Assembly (NCBI GenBank): GCA_048938895.1
Contig: JBHLLU010000010.1
Span: 34,001-98,000 of the forward strand
Direction of reading: 5' to 3'
Length of the DNA stretch: 64,000 nucleotides
Source: Promethearchaeota archaeon
GTDB taxonomy: Archaea > Asgardarchaeota > Lokiarchaeia > Sigyniarchaeales > SOKP01
The position numbers and the translations under genes were made by a program. How positions within the stretch are numbered: position 1 is the first letter of the stretch; each line of letters starts with the position of its first letter. A model generated the notes under the pieces. It was given only the letters and a program-made list of their open reading frames with translations, did not search any database and was not told the origin of the DNA. Positions 51,354 to 60,955 of the stretch are shown piece after piece.

Positions 51354-51749
51354 TTATTTTTTATTAGCTGTCTTATTCTTTAGAATACGGTCCATTACCT
51401 CAAGAATTTGTTCAGACTTGAAGGGTTTCTGAATGAAGTCCTTTGCACCTTTTTTAGCTGCTTCCAAGACTAAGGCTTCTTGTCCTAATGCGGACACAAC
51501 GACGATTAATGCACTAGGATTAATTTTTAAGATCTCTTCTGTTGCTTCAATACCACCTTTCTCGGGCATCACTAAATCCATGGTAACCAAATCAGGATTT
51601 AACTTTTTATATAAGGATATAGCTTCAACTCCATTAGCTGCCTCGCCAACTACCTCGATTTGTTCCATCTTGCTAATAATGGCTTTTAGCATATTCCTTG
51701 TAAAAGCTGCATCGTCTACTATCATAACCCTTTTTTTATCGTTTGTCAT
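51354..51749 (-). CDS. cheY: chemotaxis response regulator CheY
   Basis: VMIVDDAAFTR, TMDLVMP, VSALGQ, FIQKPF (Bacillus/archaeal type). Confidence 0.93.
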   Translation of the reverse strand: MTNDKKRVMIVDDAAFTRNMLKAIISKMEQIEVVGEAANGVEAISLYKKLNPDLVTMDLVMPEKGGIEATEEILKINPSALIVVVSALGQEALVLEAAKKGAKDFIQKPFKSEQILEVMDRILKNKTANKK

Positions 51750-51776
51750 TTAATCAACTCCATTTTTATTTTAAAT

Positions 51777-52319
51777 TTAATTTTTTGTCAATGATGTTTT
51801 ATCCTGTTGGATTTGAAATTCTTCAATTTCAGTCAGAATCTTTCCTAACTCAAGCATAATCCTTGGTCTTTCATTGAAATTTATGACACCTTTAATATAT
51901 TTCATAGCTACACTGGTTTGAAAAATAGGACTTAATGCTTTAATTTCATTGCTATCAATGTGATCTATATTTATAATGCGATCGACGTAAAACCCAACAA
52001 GGTTTTTATCCACTTTCAAAATAATTATATATTTTCTTGTGTTACTATTATTTTCTTCTTCCATAGAGGACTTTTTTGAGCGATACAACATATATTCATT
52101 TAAATTTAATTTTTTCTTCAAATTAACAATGTGTATGATTTCTCCTCTATAGTTATAAATTCCATCTATGTATTCCAAGCTTTTCGGCAATTTTCTTATT
52201 TGTCCCGCTTGTATTATTTCTTTAACATCAAGAAGGTCAATAACAAATTGCTCCCATCCAATTTGGAAAATAAGGATGGATACTTGATTTAACTTTTTAT
52301 ATTCTTGGTCTTGTATCAT
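51777..52319 (-). CDS. cheW: chemotaxis coupling protein CheW
   Basis: DVKEII, LPKSLEYIDGIYNYRGEII, GFYVDRI, IKGVI. Confidence 0.9.
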   Translation of the reverse strand: MIQDQEYKKLNQVSILIFQIGWEQFVIDLLDVKEIIQAGQIRKLPKSLEYIDGIYNYRGEIIHIVNLKKKLNLNEYMLYRSKKSSMEEENNSNTRKYIIILKVDKNLVGFYVDRIINIDHIDSNEIKALSPIFQTSVAMKYIKGVINFNERPRIMLELGKILTEIEEFQIQQDKTSLTKN

Positions 52320-52337
52320 TTTCTTTTTACCTCTTTT

Positions 52338-53159
52338 CTATATTAAAAAATATTGATTGATTTTTTCTTCAAAACAATTAAAAGGGGTTATATCCCCGTT
52401 GAAATCCCTTAAGTGATCTTTGTATTGATAAAGAAACTCGTCAGCTAATAAATACATATATCTTTGTACTAAGGAGGTCATATTTTCTACTAAAAAGGCG
52501 AAGATTACATCGCTCTTTGAAATAACATAAAATTGTTGATTACCAAAGTTAATTTCTTTTAGCTTTGCTCCTGTTTCCTCTCCGATAATTGTATTTGAGA
52601 ATGATAATAAGGCGGAAATAAAGCCACCAATGTGGACTTCATGATCTGCAATTTCTGATCTATCCTTATTGATTTTTGATATATATGGACTTCCCGCCAC
52701 ACCTATAATAAAAATTGCTATGATCCCGTCAGTTTTTGGAATTTCCACAGCATTATCAAAATCTTCGATTATTTGCAAGACAGGTTCGTTTAACTGAAAT
52801 TTTCGATTAATTTTCCTGGAAAGGAAATATAATTTAGAAAAGTTTACTGAGCTGTCTTTCTTCTCCATATATATTATGACTAATATATCTTGATTATGAT
52901 TTTCAAAATAATGGATGAAAAGCGTGAATTTTTCTAAGGGAATAATTGAATTTCCCTGTCTTTTATTTACAATTTCTTTTTTATATAATTCAATCACATT
53001 TTGAATAAGTGGTACTCCTATTCCTTTTTGAAATAAAACCTTAAATTTAGCTTCTATATCTGTTTGTGAAATCTTTACCAATCCGATCCCTAATATTTCC
53101 ATAATTATTGGGTTGTCCTTAGAATTTTGATAGTTTTCCATGATTATCATTTCCTTCAT
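52338..53159 (-). CDS. longin/roadblock-fold protein (probably two domains)
   Basis: C-terminal IFIIGVAGSPYI...IGGFISALLSFS...LKEINFG...DEFLYQY...FNGDITPF is typical of Asgard longin-like domains. Confidence 0.7.
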   Translation of the reverse strand: MKEMIIMENYQNSKDNPIIMEILGIGLVKISQTDIEAKFKVLFQKGIGVPLIQNVIELYKKEIVNKRQGNSIIPLEKFTLFIHYFENHNQDILVIIYMEKKDSSVNFSKLYFLSRKINRKFQLNEPVLQIIEDFDNAVEIPKTDGIIAIFIIGVAGSPYISKINKDRSEIADHEVHIGGFISALLSFSNTIIGEETGAKLKEINFGNQQFYVISKSDVIFAFLVENMTSLVQRYMYLLADEFLYQYKDHLRDFNGDITPFNCFEEKINQYFLI

Positions 53160-53176
53160 TCCTAAGATTGTTTATA

Positions 53177-53374
53177 TTATTCCAATAGCCTAGATTGCAT
53201 TTCATCAGCTAATTTTCCTAATTTGTTTGCGGTTGTTGTAATTTCTTCCATTTGTGAGAAATAATATTTAGGAGTACCTGTCCTAACCTCTTTAAAGATT
53301 ACAATGACTAGAAGGAAGTAGTATGAATTAATTTTGAAATTTATTCCTATTACTAATGCTTTTCCAATAATCAT
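53177..53374 (-). pseudogene. probable remnant of a methyl-accepting chemotaxis protein
   Basis: Tail SQMEEITTTANKLGKLADEMQ resembles an MCP C-terminal methylation helix; only 65 aa; first in the che cluster. Confidence 0.45.
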
Positions 53375-53751
53375 TTTTATTGTACCTGAGGTTATGTTAA
53401 ATATACATTTTTGTAAATAATGGTCTTTTTGTGGTAAAATTAATTCCTAAAAATATTTTTATTGTGCGTCTATTTTTGATGAACTAAAGATTTTATAAAA
53501 TTTGTATTATTTAAACTTATGTTGTTGTAAAATATTTTGTACTTATGGCATATATATTTTGATTCCAATTATTTGAATAACTAAATCTGAATCAAAGTAT
53601 AACATTTTAGAGACAAAAATTTAAATAACACAAAAAAATTATATATTAAATGTTTTTTGAACACAAAGAACATTTACCATCATTTACCAAAAAAGTATAC
53701 CGAAACTTGGAGGCATATAAAAAACTTCTTCTAATAACGAAGTGATATAAC

Positions 53752-54414
53752 TTGACGTTACAAGATTCCGTAAATAATAAAACAGAAGATTTTTTCGAAG
53801 AAGTGTCAATAAGATGCCCTAAGTGTAAAACAGGTCAAAATCTTAAAATTCCTGTTAAAGTTATCAACCAAAGTAAACAATTAACTACTGTTTCAATACC
53901 TTCAGGTTTAAATTGTGAACACAGTTTTCAAGCCTTTGTAGATAAGAATTTTAAAGTAAGAGGATACCAAACAGTGGACTTTGAATTTTCACATTTAGAA
54001 CTATATGAGAGTACCCTCTTAAAAGATGAAGAAGAAGAAACTACAAAAAGTACTGACTTCACTTCAATGCCTATTTTCCAAAAAATAATCCATTTACTAA
54101 GAGATTATGTTGATGATAAAGAAGTTATCGGGAGTGGGATATTTAGTGAAGAAGGAAAGGTCTTATATTCCTCGCTACCTCAAACAACTTTATTTAATAC
54201 AATGAAGGAATTTGAGGTTAGAAATGAAAAGAATTTAATTAGCGTTAAAAAGATGTATTTAGAACTAGAAAATAATGAGAAATTTATATCTAAATTTATG
54301 GAAATAGATGGTGTAAGGTTCAATCTTGTGTTAATGTTTTCCTTCAGAACCAAGTTTGGAATGGGTAATTTAATTTTGAGGGATCTTTTAAGAAAACTTC
54401 AGAAGATAATCTAG
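53752..54414 (+). CDS. Zn-ribbon plus roadblock/profilin-like protein
   Basis: CPKC...CEHSFQAFVDKNFKVRGYQ; C-terminal VIGSGIFSEEGKVLYS...KFGMGNLIL. Confidence 0.7.
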   Translation: MTLQDSVNNKTEDFFEEVSIRCPKCKTGQNLKIPVKVINQSKQLTTVSIPSGLNCEHSFQAFVDKNFKVRGYQTVDFEFSHLELYESTLLKDEEEETTKSTDFTSMPIFQKIIHLLRDYVDDKEVIGSGIFSEEGKVLYSSLPQTTLFNTMKEFEVRNEKNLISVKKMYLELENNEKFISKFMEIDGVRFNLVLMFSFRTKFGMGNLILRDLLRKLQKII

Positions 54415-54671
54415 ACCTACTAGAAGCTCTAGTTCAAGCTTCCATTTACACTCAAAATGCTAATTACATTATGAAAATTTCATGCTTAATCTACCACCTC
54501 AAAAATTTAATTCGATAATAATTTTTCCCACAACTATGATTTCAAATCATGCCATGAGATTATTTTGTATACAAACGCATTTTTAGTAAAAGAAAAAGGA
54601 AAACATTTAAAAATTAAAGTATAATTATTATTCAAATATCGAATTAACGACTAAATCATTTGTGAATTTTA

Positions 54672-54926
54672 ATGTCGATTATGGATGATAAAATTAATAG
54701 AAAAATAAACCTTGTTAAGAATATCTTGAAAAATGTTTACGAAATTTTAGAACTATTCAAACCATTGCTAGAAATAATGTTAAAAATGGAAGAATCTGAA
54801 CGATTTAAGAAAAATGGTGTTTTTCAAAAAGCAGCGTCTCTATTTGGTGAAATTTCCGTATTGTGTAAAGAAATCGAAGATGATACTCCGGCACTAAACC
54901 TCTTTTTAGATAACCTTGGTAATTAG
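54672..54926 (+). CDS. small helical hypothetical protein
   Basis: 84-aa ORF with GTGA upstream. Confidence 0.55.
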   Translation: MSIMDDKINRKINLVKNILKNVYEILELFKPLLEIMLKMEESERFKKNGVFQKAASLFGEISVLCKEIEDDTPALNLFLDNLGN

Positions 54927-54949
54927 ATTAAAAATTGTTTATTAGTAGA

Positions 54950-55020
54950 TGCGCCCGCCGGGAATTGAACCCGGGACGCTGGCTTGGGAAGCCAGCATAT
55001 TACCACTATACTACGAGCGC
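54950..55020 (-). tRNA. tRNA-Gly (anticodon CCC)
   Basis: GCGCTCG/CGGGCGC acceptor, CTGGC-TTCCCAA-GCCAG anticodon arm, CCGGG-TTCAATT-CCCGG T arm. Confidence 0.95.
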
Positions 55021-55400
55021 ATGAATTATGAAATAAGAATATTTTATTATAATTAGAATTATTAATTAAAACTTTTTGAATTTTAAGAAAATCATACTTA
55101 AACCATATCTTTTAATTTAGAGTATCAAAGAAAATCTATAAAGCCATGCTTTATTAGAATGCCCACACCATTCCCATTCATAAAAATTCAAAAATTTGTC
55201 AGTAAACTGGTTTTACAAAGTAATTATGTTTCAATTCATAGAACAATTATGGTTTTCCTCAAAATTAAAACTATAATCCCTATTAAAAATATAGGAGTGT
55301 GGTAAGAAAACAATTTTATAAATTTCATTTGAAATCTTATGGAGATGATTTTCTAAACCTCCAAATTAAATTATCAAAGATCCATGGATAGTAAGGTTAA

Positions 55401-57365
55401 TTGGCTATTTATAATATTAAACAACTTCATTATACAAGAGTGATTTCTATGCCACGTGAATTGAAAGATGAATCAATGGGTTTTACAGGTGAAAAAAAAA
55501 ATCAGAAGTTTGTATCAGACGAAAAATATCGAAGTTTAATTAATAACCTTACTGATATTATTCTTGAAGGAGACTCAAAATCTATCGTATCCTATGTTAG
55601 TCCTCAGTGTTATGATATTATCGGATATAGACCAAAAGAAATAATTGGTAAGAGTGCTCTTGATTTCATTCATCCTGATGATGTTTTATTGATAGCAGAA
55701 GTTATTAAGATAGCTTTTAATACTGGGGAAATGATTTCAGTTCCGAAATATAGACTATTACATAAGAATGGGAGTTATATTTTCGTTTCAGCAAAAGGTA
55801 AATTCATTGGAAATGTTGAGGATAGAAAGTTTATTGTAGCTATAAGAGACATTACAGCTAGAATAGAAATTGAACAGAAATTATACGAATCTGAAGAGAA
55901 ATATAAGCATTTGTTTCAAAATTCTCCCTATGGGATTATTCTACTAAACTTTAATGGGATAATATTTGATTTTAATTTAACTATTGAAAAGACTTTCGGA
56001 TATTTAAAGAAGGATTTTATTGGAAGAGATTTTTTTAAAATTCCCGCTTTACCTTCTGATATATTACCTCTATTAAAACAGAGATTTGAATTATATAAAA
56101 AGAATAAGGAATTAGAACCAATTGAACTTCAGGTATATAGGAATGATGGGACTGCTATATGGGTCAATCCTCAGGTTTCATTAATTACTCTTGCAAATGA
56201 AACATTTATTCAAATCATAGTGCAGGATATTTCAGAAAAAAAGCAAGCAGAGCTAAAATTTATTGAGTCGGCAATTAAATATAAGTTAATTTCTGAAAAT
56301 GCTAGTGATTTAATTTTAATTGTCAGTGAGAATTTGATAATTGAGTATATAAATGAAGAACCTCTTTTTCAACTGAGTGGTTATTCAATAGAAGAAGTTA
56401 TAGGAAAAAGAGCTTTAAATTTCATACATTTTGATGATGCCAAGAATGCTTTAAAGCAATTTTCAGAGAATTTTGAGCAAAAGGGACGTGGTACAATAGA
56501 GGTAAGAATTATGCATAAGGAGGGTTATTCGGTTGATGTGGAAATAAAAGGAAGTCTATTTCATAATGAGAAAGGAGAACCAAAAGCACTTTTAATTACT
56601 AGAGATATCACAGAAAGAAAAAAAGCGGAGAAACAAATTCTTGAAGAAAATAAGAAATTACTTGAAATTAGCCAAATTAAGAGTGAATTGATTACAACAA
56701 CTTCCCATGAACTCAAAACACCATTGAATTCTATATATACTGCTTCACAAATGCTTTTAAGTAATTTTAAAGATGAAATTGGTGAAGAATCTTTAAAATT
56801 TATTGAAATAATTCATAGAGGAGGTCAGAAACTAAAAATATTGATAGAAAATCTTCTTGATACTTCAAAAATTGAAGCTGAGAAATTTAGTCTACACTTA
56901 CAAGAAGAAAATATAGTAAAACTTACTATTAATAGTATAAATGATGTAATGTATTGGGCTGATAGCCGAAATATTAATTTATTAGCAGATCATCCACAAG
57001 AGTTGATTGTTTTGGTTGATCGAATTAAAATTGAACAGGTATTAACAAATCTTCTTTCAAACGCAATTAAGTATACACCCCCTTTTGGTAAAATTTATGT
57101 AAAAATTAATGAAGAAGAAAATTGGAATAGGATATCTATACAAGATAATGGTATTGGTTTAACTAAGAAAGAAATTAAAAAGCTATTTAAAAAATTTGGA
57201 AATGTTGACCGATTTGGAGAAAATCCCGACATAGAGAGTTATGGAACAGGTCTTGGTTTATACATCTCAAAAGAAATAATAGATCTCCATAGCGGTGAGA
57301 TATGGGTAGAGTCTGAAGGAAGAAATATGGGATCTACCTTTATTATTAGATTACCAAAATTATGA
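55401..57365 (+). CDS. soluble 3xPAS sensor histidine kinase (start may be ATG at 55449)
   Basis: Three PAS/PAC repeats (FIHPDD, RDIT), SHELKTPL, NLLSNAIKY, DNGIG, GTGLGL; no TM. Confidence 0.93.
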   Translation: MAIYNIKQLHYTRVISMPRELKDESMGFTGEKKNQKFVSDEKYRSLINNLTDIILEGDSKSIVSYVSPQCYDIIGYRPKEIIGKSALDFIHPDDVLLIAEVIKIAFNTGEMISVPKYRLLHKNGSYIFVSAKGKFIGNVEDRKFIVAIRDITARIEIEQKLYESEEKYKHLFQNSPYGIILLNFNGIIFDFNLTIEKTFGYLKKDFIGRDFFKIPALPSDILPLLKQRFELYKKNKELEPIELQVYRNDGTAIWVNPQVSLITLANETFIQIIVQDISEKKQAELKFIESAIKYKLISENASDLILIVSENLIIEYINEEPLFQLSGYSIEEVIGKRALNFIHFDDAKNALKQFSENFEQKGRGTIEVRIMHKEGYSVDVEIKGSLFHNEKGEPKALLITRDITERKKAEKQILEENKKLLEISQIKSELITTTSHELKTPLNSIYTASQMLLSNFKDEIGEESLKFIEIIHRGGQKLKILIENLLDTSKIEAEKFSLHLQEENIVKLTINSINDVMYWADSRNINLLADHPQELIVLVDRIKIEQVLTNLLSNAIKYTPPFGKIYVKINEEENWNRISIQDNGIGLTKKEIKKLFKKFGNVDRFGENPDIESYGTGLGLYISKEIIDLHSGEIWVESEGRNMGSTFIIRLPKL

Positions 57366-57498
57366 TATAATTTACTTATGAAAATGGTATACTAGAAATT
57401 TTAAATCTTACTTCTTTTTTAATATAATATCATCAACAATCTCAGCAATCATAAATTCTAAAGTTTAGAATTATGTAACTAATTTGTAGTGAATTAAT

Positions 57499-58149
57499 AT
57501 AAACTCTTCAAAAAACAATAATAGGGATTTAAAGAATTTTTCCCCTTTTGGTGTTTATGGATTATTATCAATAACATTTGGATTTATGGGGGATATTTTA
57601 GCTTGCATTTTTTTCCCAGATTATAATTTTATGGAAAGGGCTGTAAGTTCATTATGTAAAGGAGGAGGAGGAATATTTTTTCAATTTGGGTCGGTACTTT
57701 CAGGGATATTTGCGATTCCCTTTGTCATATACCTTAATAAATCATTCAATATCAATTATGTAAATGAAAATTTAAAAAAAAAAGCAAAAGTAGTGGCAGT
57801 TATTTCTTGTACAGGTTTAATAATTTTAGGAGTTTTTTGTGGCTCTGATCCCATAATAGCAGTAATACATGGAGTTTCAGCAGTAATAAGTTGGTTATTC
57901 GGACTATTTTATATTACATTTTTCAATTTTTTTATGTTAAGAGATCCCAAATACTCTAGAACACTTTCGTTTTTTGGATTTTCCGCCACTCTCACTTTAT
58001 CAACTCTGATGATATTATTTTTTTTAGCATTCATTCCATCTTTAAGTTTTTTAGTAGTGATATTACCTTTCGTTGAGTGGGTAAATACCATCATTATAAT
58101 AATCTGGTATTTTATAGTTTCAATTTTCACCATCGTTAAAAAAATATAA
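57499..58149 (+). CDS. DUF998-like membrane protein (paralog 1; track start 57586, probable ATA/ATT start upstream)
   Basis: PDY...VSSL, IHG and EW motifs shared with the next ORF. Confidence 0.7.
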   Translation: MNSSKNNNRDLKNFSPFGVYGLLSITFGFMGDILACIFFPDYNFMERAVSSLCKGGGGIFFQFGSVLSGIFAIPFVIYLNKSFNINYVNENLKKKAKVVAVISCTGLIILGVFCGSDPIIAVIHGVSAVISWLFGLFYITFFNFFMLRDPKYSRTLSFFGFSATLTLSTLMILFFLAFIPSLSFLVVILPFVEWVNTIIIIIWYFIVSIFTIVKKI

Positions 58150-58199
58150 AGTTCCAAAATCATAAATTTTTTTAAAGTATAAATAGTTGGGTAATTATT

Positions 58200-58919
58200 A
58201 TGGGAAAGATTAATGATTTTTTTGATATTCTTTTTAGGCATTTACCTGGATATATATTTGGATTATTAACATTCATGATCGGTACTTCTGGATTTATTAT
58301 AGCTATTTTATTATCCCCCGATTATATCTTATGGGAAAAATCTATAAGCGTATTGGGGCATCAACCTGGAGGTATTTTTTCAAGAATAGGTTTAATTATT
58401 TCCAATTTACTGGCAATACCATTTATAATCTATATCGCTAGAACTCTAAGAGATGACCATATGAATGAAAAGATTATAAAAAGCGCAGTGGGTATAGGTA
58501 TTTTTATTTCAATAGTTGCAGCATTATCAGGGGTAATATCTGGGCGAGTTCAGTTCATAAAGGATTTGCATGGGTTATTAGCCCTTTTTAGTTGGATTGG
58601 GGCTCTTATCGTTTGTTTCCTCTTTGGATATCTAATGTTAAAGAATCAGAAATATTCGAAATCAGCAGTATATTTTAGTTTTATTATAGCTGCTATTTTC
58701 GCTTCTTTTCTTATCCCCTTTTTTATTACAAATTTTTGTAGTGCCAATCCAAATATATGTGGGACATTTGGTACACGTGTATATACTATCATGCCTACTT
58801 ATGAATGGATTGTTATGTTTTCTATTCTTTTTTGGTACTTATTTAACTCAATTTACATATTAAGAAACAAAATAAATTTATCAAATTCTAAAATAAAAAG
58901 TGAGGTTTACCATGAATAA
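58200..58919 (+). CDS. DUF998-like membrane protein (paralog 2)
   Basis: PDY...ISVLG, LHG, YEW; 6 TM. Confidence 0.75.
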   Translation: MGKINDFFDILFRHLPGYIFGLLTFMIGTSGFIIAILLSPDYILWEKSISVLGHQPGGIFSRIGLIISNLLAIPFIIYIARTLRDDHMNEKIIKSAVGIGIFISIVAALSGVISGRVQFIKDLHGLLALFSWIGALIVCFLFGYLMLKNQKYSKSAVYFSFIIAAIFASFLIPFFITNFCSANPNICGTFGTRVYTIMPTYEWIVMFSILFWYLFNSIYILRNKINLSNSKIKSEVYHE

Positions 58920-59586
58920 CTTCAGTATAGTGGAAAATGTAGGTATTAACAGTAAATCTGCTTTGATTGTTGTTGATATGCAAAATGATTTTATACCAGG
59001 TGGTGCTTTACCTGTAGAAGAAGGAGATCTCATAATAGGAGATATCAACCAACTTGCTAAAGAATTTAAGAAAAAGGAAGCATTAGTTGTCCTTACTCAA
59101 GATTGGCATCCTCTGAATCATATGTCGTTCGCTAGTAATCACCCAGGAAGGAACCCTGGTGATGAATTTTCTTCTGATAATGGAGCTATCGGTCCCGTAT
59201 TATGGCCAAATCATTGTGTCCAGAATACAAAAGGTGCTGAATTTCATAAGAATTTAAAAGTAAGATTAGCAGATGAAATTATCCAGAAGGGAATGAATCC
59301 TAATGTAGATAGTTATTCTGGATTTCAAGATAATGATAAAAAATCAGAAACAGGGCTTAATAAATATTTAAGTTCAAAAAATATTGCGCAAATCTTTATA
59401 TGTGGATTAGCCCTAGATTATTGTTGTTATTTTACTGCAATGGATGGCGTTAATTTCGGGTATGATGTTTATTTCGTAGTGGACATGTCAAAAGGTATTG
59501 ATTTACCTGAAGGAAATATAAAAAAAGCCTTGGAAAACATGAAAAATAAGGGTATCAAATTTGTAAATAAAGCAAGCTTTATCTAA
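58900..59586 (+). CDS. pncA: nicotinamidase/pyrazinamidase (start may be ATG at 58912)
   Basis: VVDMQNDF, QDWHPLNH, WPNHCVQ, KG...DSYSGF, GLALDYC. Confidence 0.93.
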   Translation: MRFTMNNFSIVENVGINSKSALIVVDMQNDFIPGGALPVEEGDLIIGDINQLAKEFKKKEALVVLTQDWHPLNHMSFASNHPGRNPGDEFSSDNGAIGPVLWPNHCVQNTKGAEFHKNLKVRLADEIIQKGMNPNVDSYSGFQDNDKKSETGLNKYLSSKNIAQIFICGLALDYCCYFTAMDGVNFGYDVYFVVDMSKGIDLPEGNIKKALENMKNKGIKFVNKASFI

Positions 59587-59626
59587 ATAATAAAGGTTAT
59601 TTTACATCTTACTTTTCATTCAATTA

Positions 59627-60103
59627 ATGCTACAAAAGTTTCCCTATAAGTCAATTCTAATTGTTTGCAGTGTAAATACTGCTCGAAGCCCTATGGCTGA
59701 AGGATATTTGAGAGATTTCTTCTCTAAGAAGAATATTGAAGTTGAAGTTAAATCAGGTGGGATCTCTTCTCATGCAAGAGATGGTATGCTAATATCTATG
59801 GATTCAAAACTAGCCATGAATGATATAGGGATAAAGCTATCAGACACATCAGTGTCTATTGATCTAAAGAAACATCGTAACCTAATAGAAGAAGCTGATT
59901 TAATCTTAACTTTAACAGAAAAACATAAACATGAAATAAAGAAATTTGTCAATACAAATAATAAGAAATTATTTACAATAAAAGAATTTGGGGGTCGTGG
60001 TGGAGATATTCAAGACCCTAGTATGAAAGAGGAGCTTTTTAGTGAAGTAAGAGATGAAATTATAGAGTGTTTATCTGAAGGTTTAAAAAAATATTCTTTT
60101 TAG
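59627..60103 (+). CDS. low-molecular-weight protein Tyr/Arg phosphatase or ArsC family
   Basis: VCSVNTARSPMAE P-loop, ADLILT, DIQDP. Confidence 0.85.
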   Translation: MLQKFPYKSILIVCSVNTARSPMAEGYLRDFFSKKNIEVEVKSGGISSHARDGMLISMDSKLAMNDIGIKLSDTSVSIDLKKHRNLIEEADLILTLTEKHKHEIKKFVNTNNKKLFTIKEFGGRGGDIQDPSMKEELFSEVRDEIIECLSEGLKKYSF

Positions 60104-60106
60104 ATC

Positions 60107-60955
60107 ATGATTGAATATATAGTAATTGCGTTAATCCAAGGATTGTTCGAATGGCTTCCTATCTCTTCATCTGGACAAGTAATGATTGTATCAACCAATT
60201 TTTTTAGTATTTCTCCAGATGATGCATTTAGTCTTTCAATATGGTTACATTTAGGCACTGCATTAGCAGTCTTGCTAAAATTTCGTGGAGATTTTTTAGG
60301 AATAATAAGAACAATTATACCAGGGAGAAAGAATTCTACTAGTGATTTTGATATCAAAAAGAGAAACTGGATAATTTATGCCACAATTGGAACCGCAATA
60401 ACAGCAATTCCCCTTTATTTTACCTTTAAAATAATCTTATTAGATGTTTTTGAGGCAATCCAAGGAGATATCATTACTCTTTTCATTTCGGGTTTGTTAA
60501 TTCTTACAGGGATAGTTATAATTAAGACTAAAAGGGTATATGGAGATACTAAATTACTTGATAGTCCACAAAATCAAATTCAGAAGGATAGTACAATATC
60601 TGGTCTAGTTCAAGGATTTTCTATACTACCTGGAATATCTCGTTCTGGAGTCACTGTTTCAACTATCCTACTTGAGAAATATACGCAAGATAATGCTCTT
60701 AGATTAAGCTTCTTGATGTCAGTGCCAGTTGTATTCGCTTCCATAATTGTAGATATTATTTTTGGTGAAGGTTCGATTTTTGGAACTTTAAATATGATAA
60801 CGATTGTTACAATCACAATAGTTAGTTTTTTGGTAGGGTATCTTACCATAGAACTCTTATTAAAATTAGCAAGTAAAATTAATTTTGGTTATTTTTGCAT
60901 ACTTTATGGGATCGTTGCTTATTTTGTTATTATTCCTTTTCTATTAATCCCTTAA
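60107..60955 (+). CDS. uppP: undecaprenyl(polyprenyl)-diphosphate phosphatase BacA family
   Basis: QGLFEWLPISSSG, LHLGT, PGISRSGVT, LSFLMSVP. Confidence 0.92.
   Translation: MIEYIVIALIQGLFEWLPISSSGQVMIVSTNFFSISPDDAFSLSIWLHLGTALAVLLKFRGDFLGIIRTIIPGRKNSTSDFDIKKRNWIIYATIGTAITAIPLYFTFKIILLDVFEAIQGDIITLFISGLLILTGIVIIKTKRVYGDTKLLDSPQNQIQKDSTISGLVQGFSILPGISRSGVTVSTILLEKYTQDNALRLSFLMSVPVVFASIIVDIIFGEGSIFGTLNMITIVTITIVSFLVGYLTIELLLKLASKINFGYFCILYGIVAYFVIIPFLLIP

Noticed and set aside
54950-55020. tRNA-Gly as integration site for the che cluster as a genomic island
   Set aside because: I saw no duplicated tRNA 3' end, integrase or evident compositional shift.
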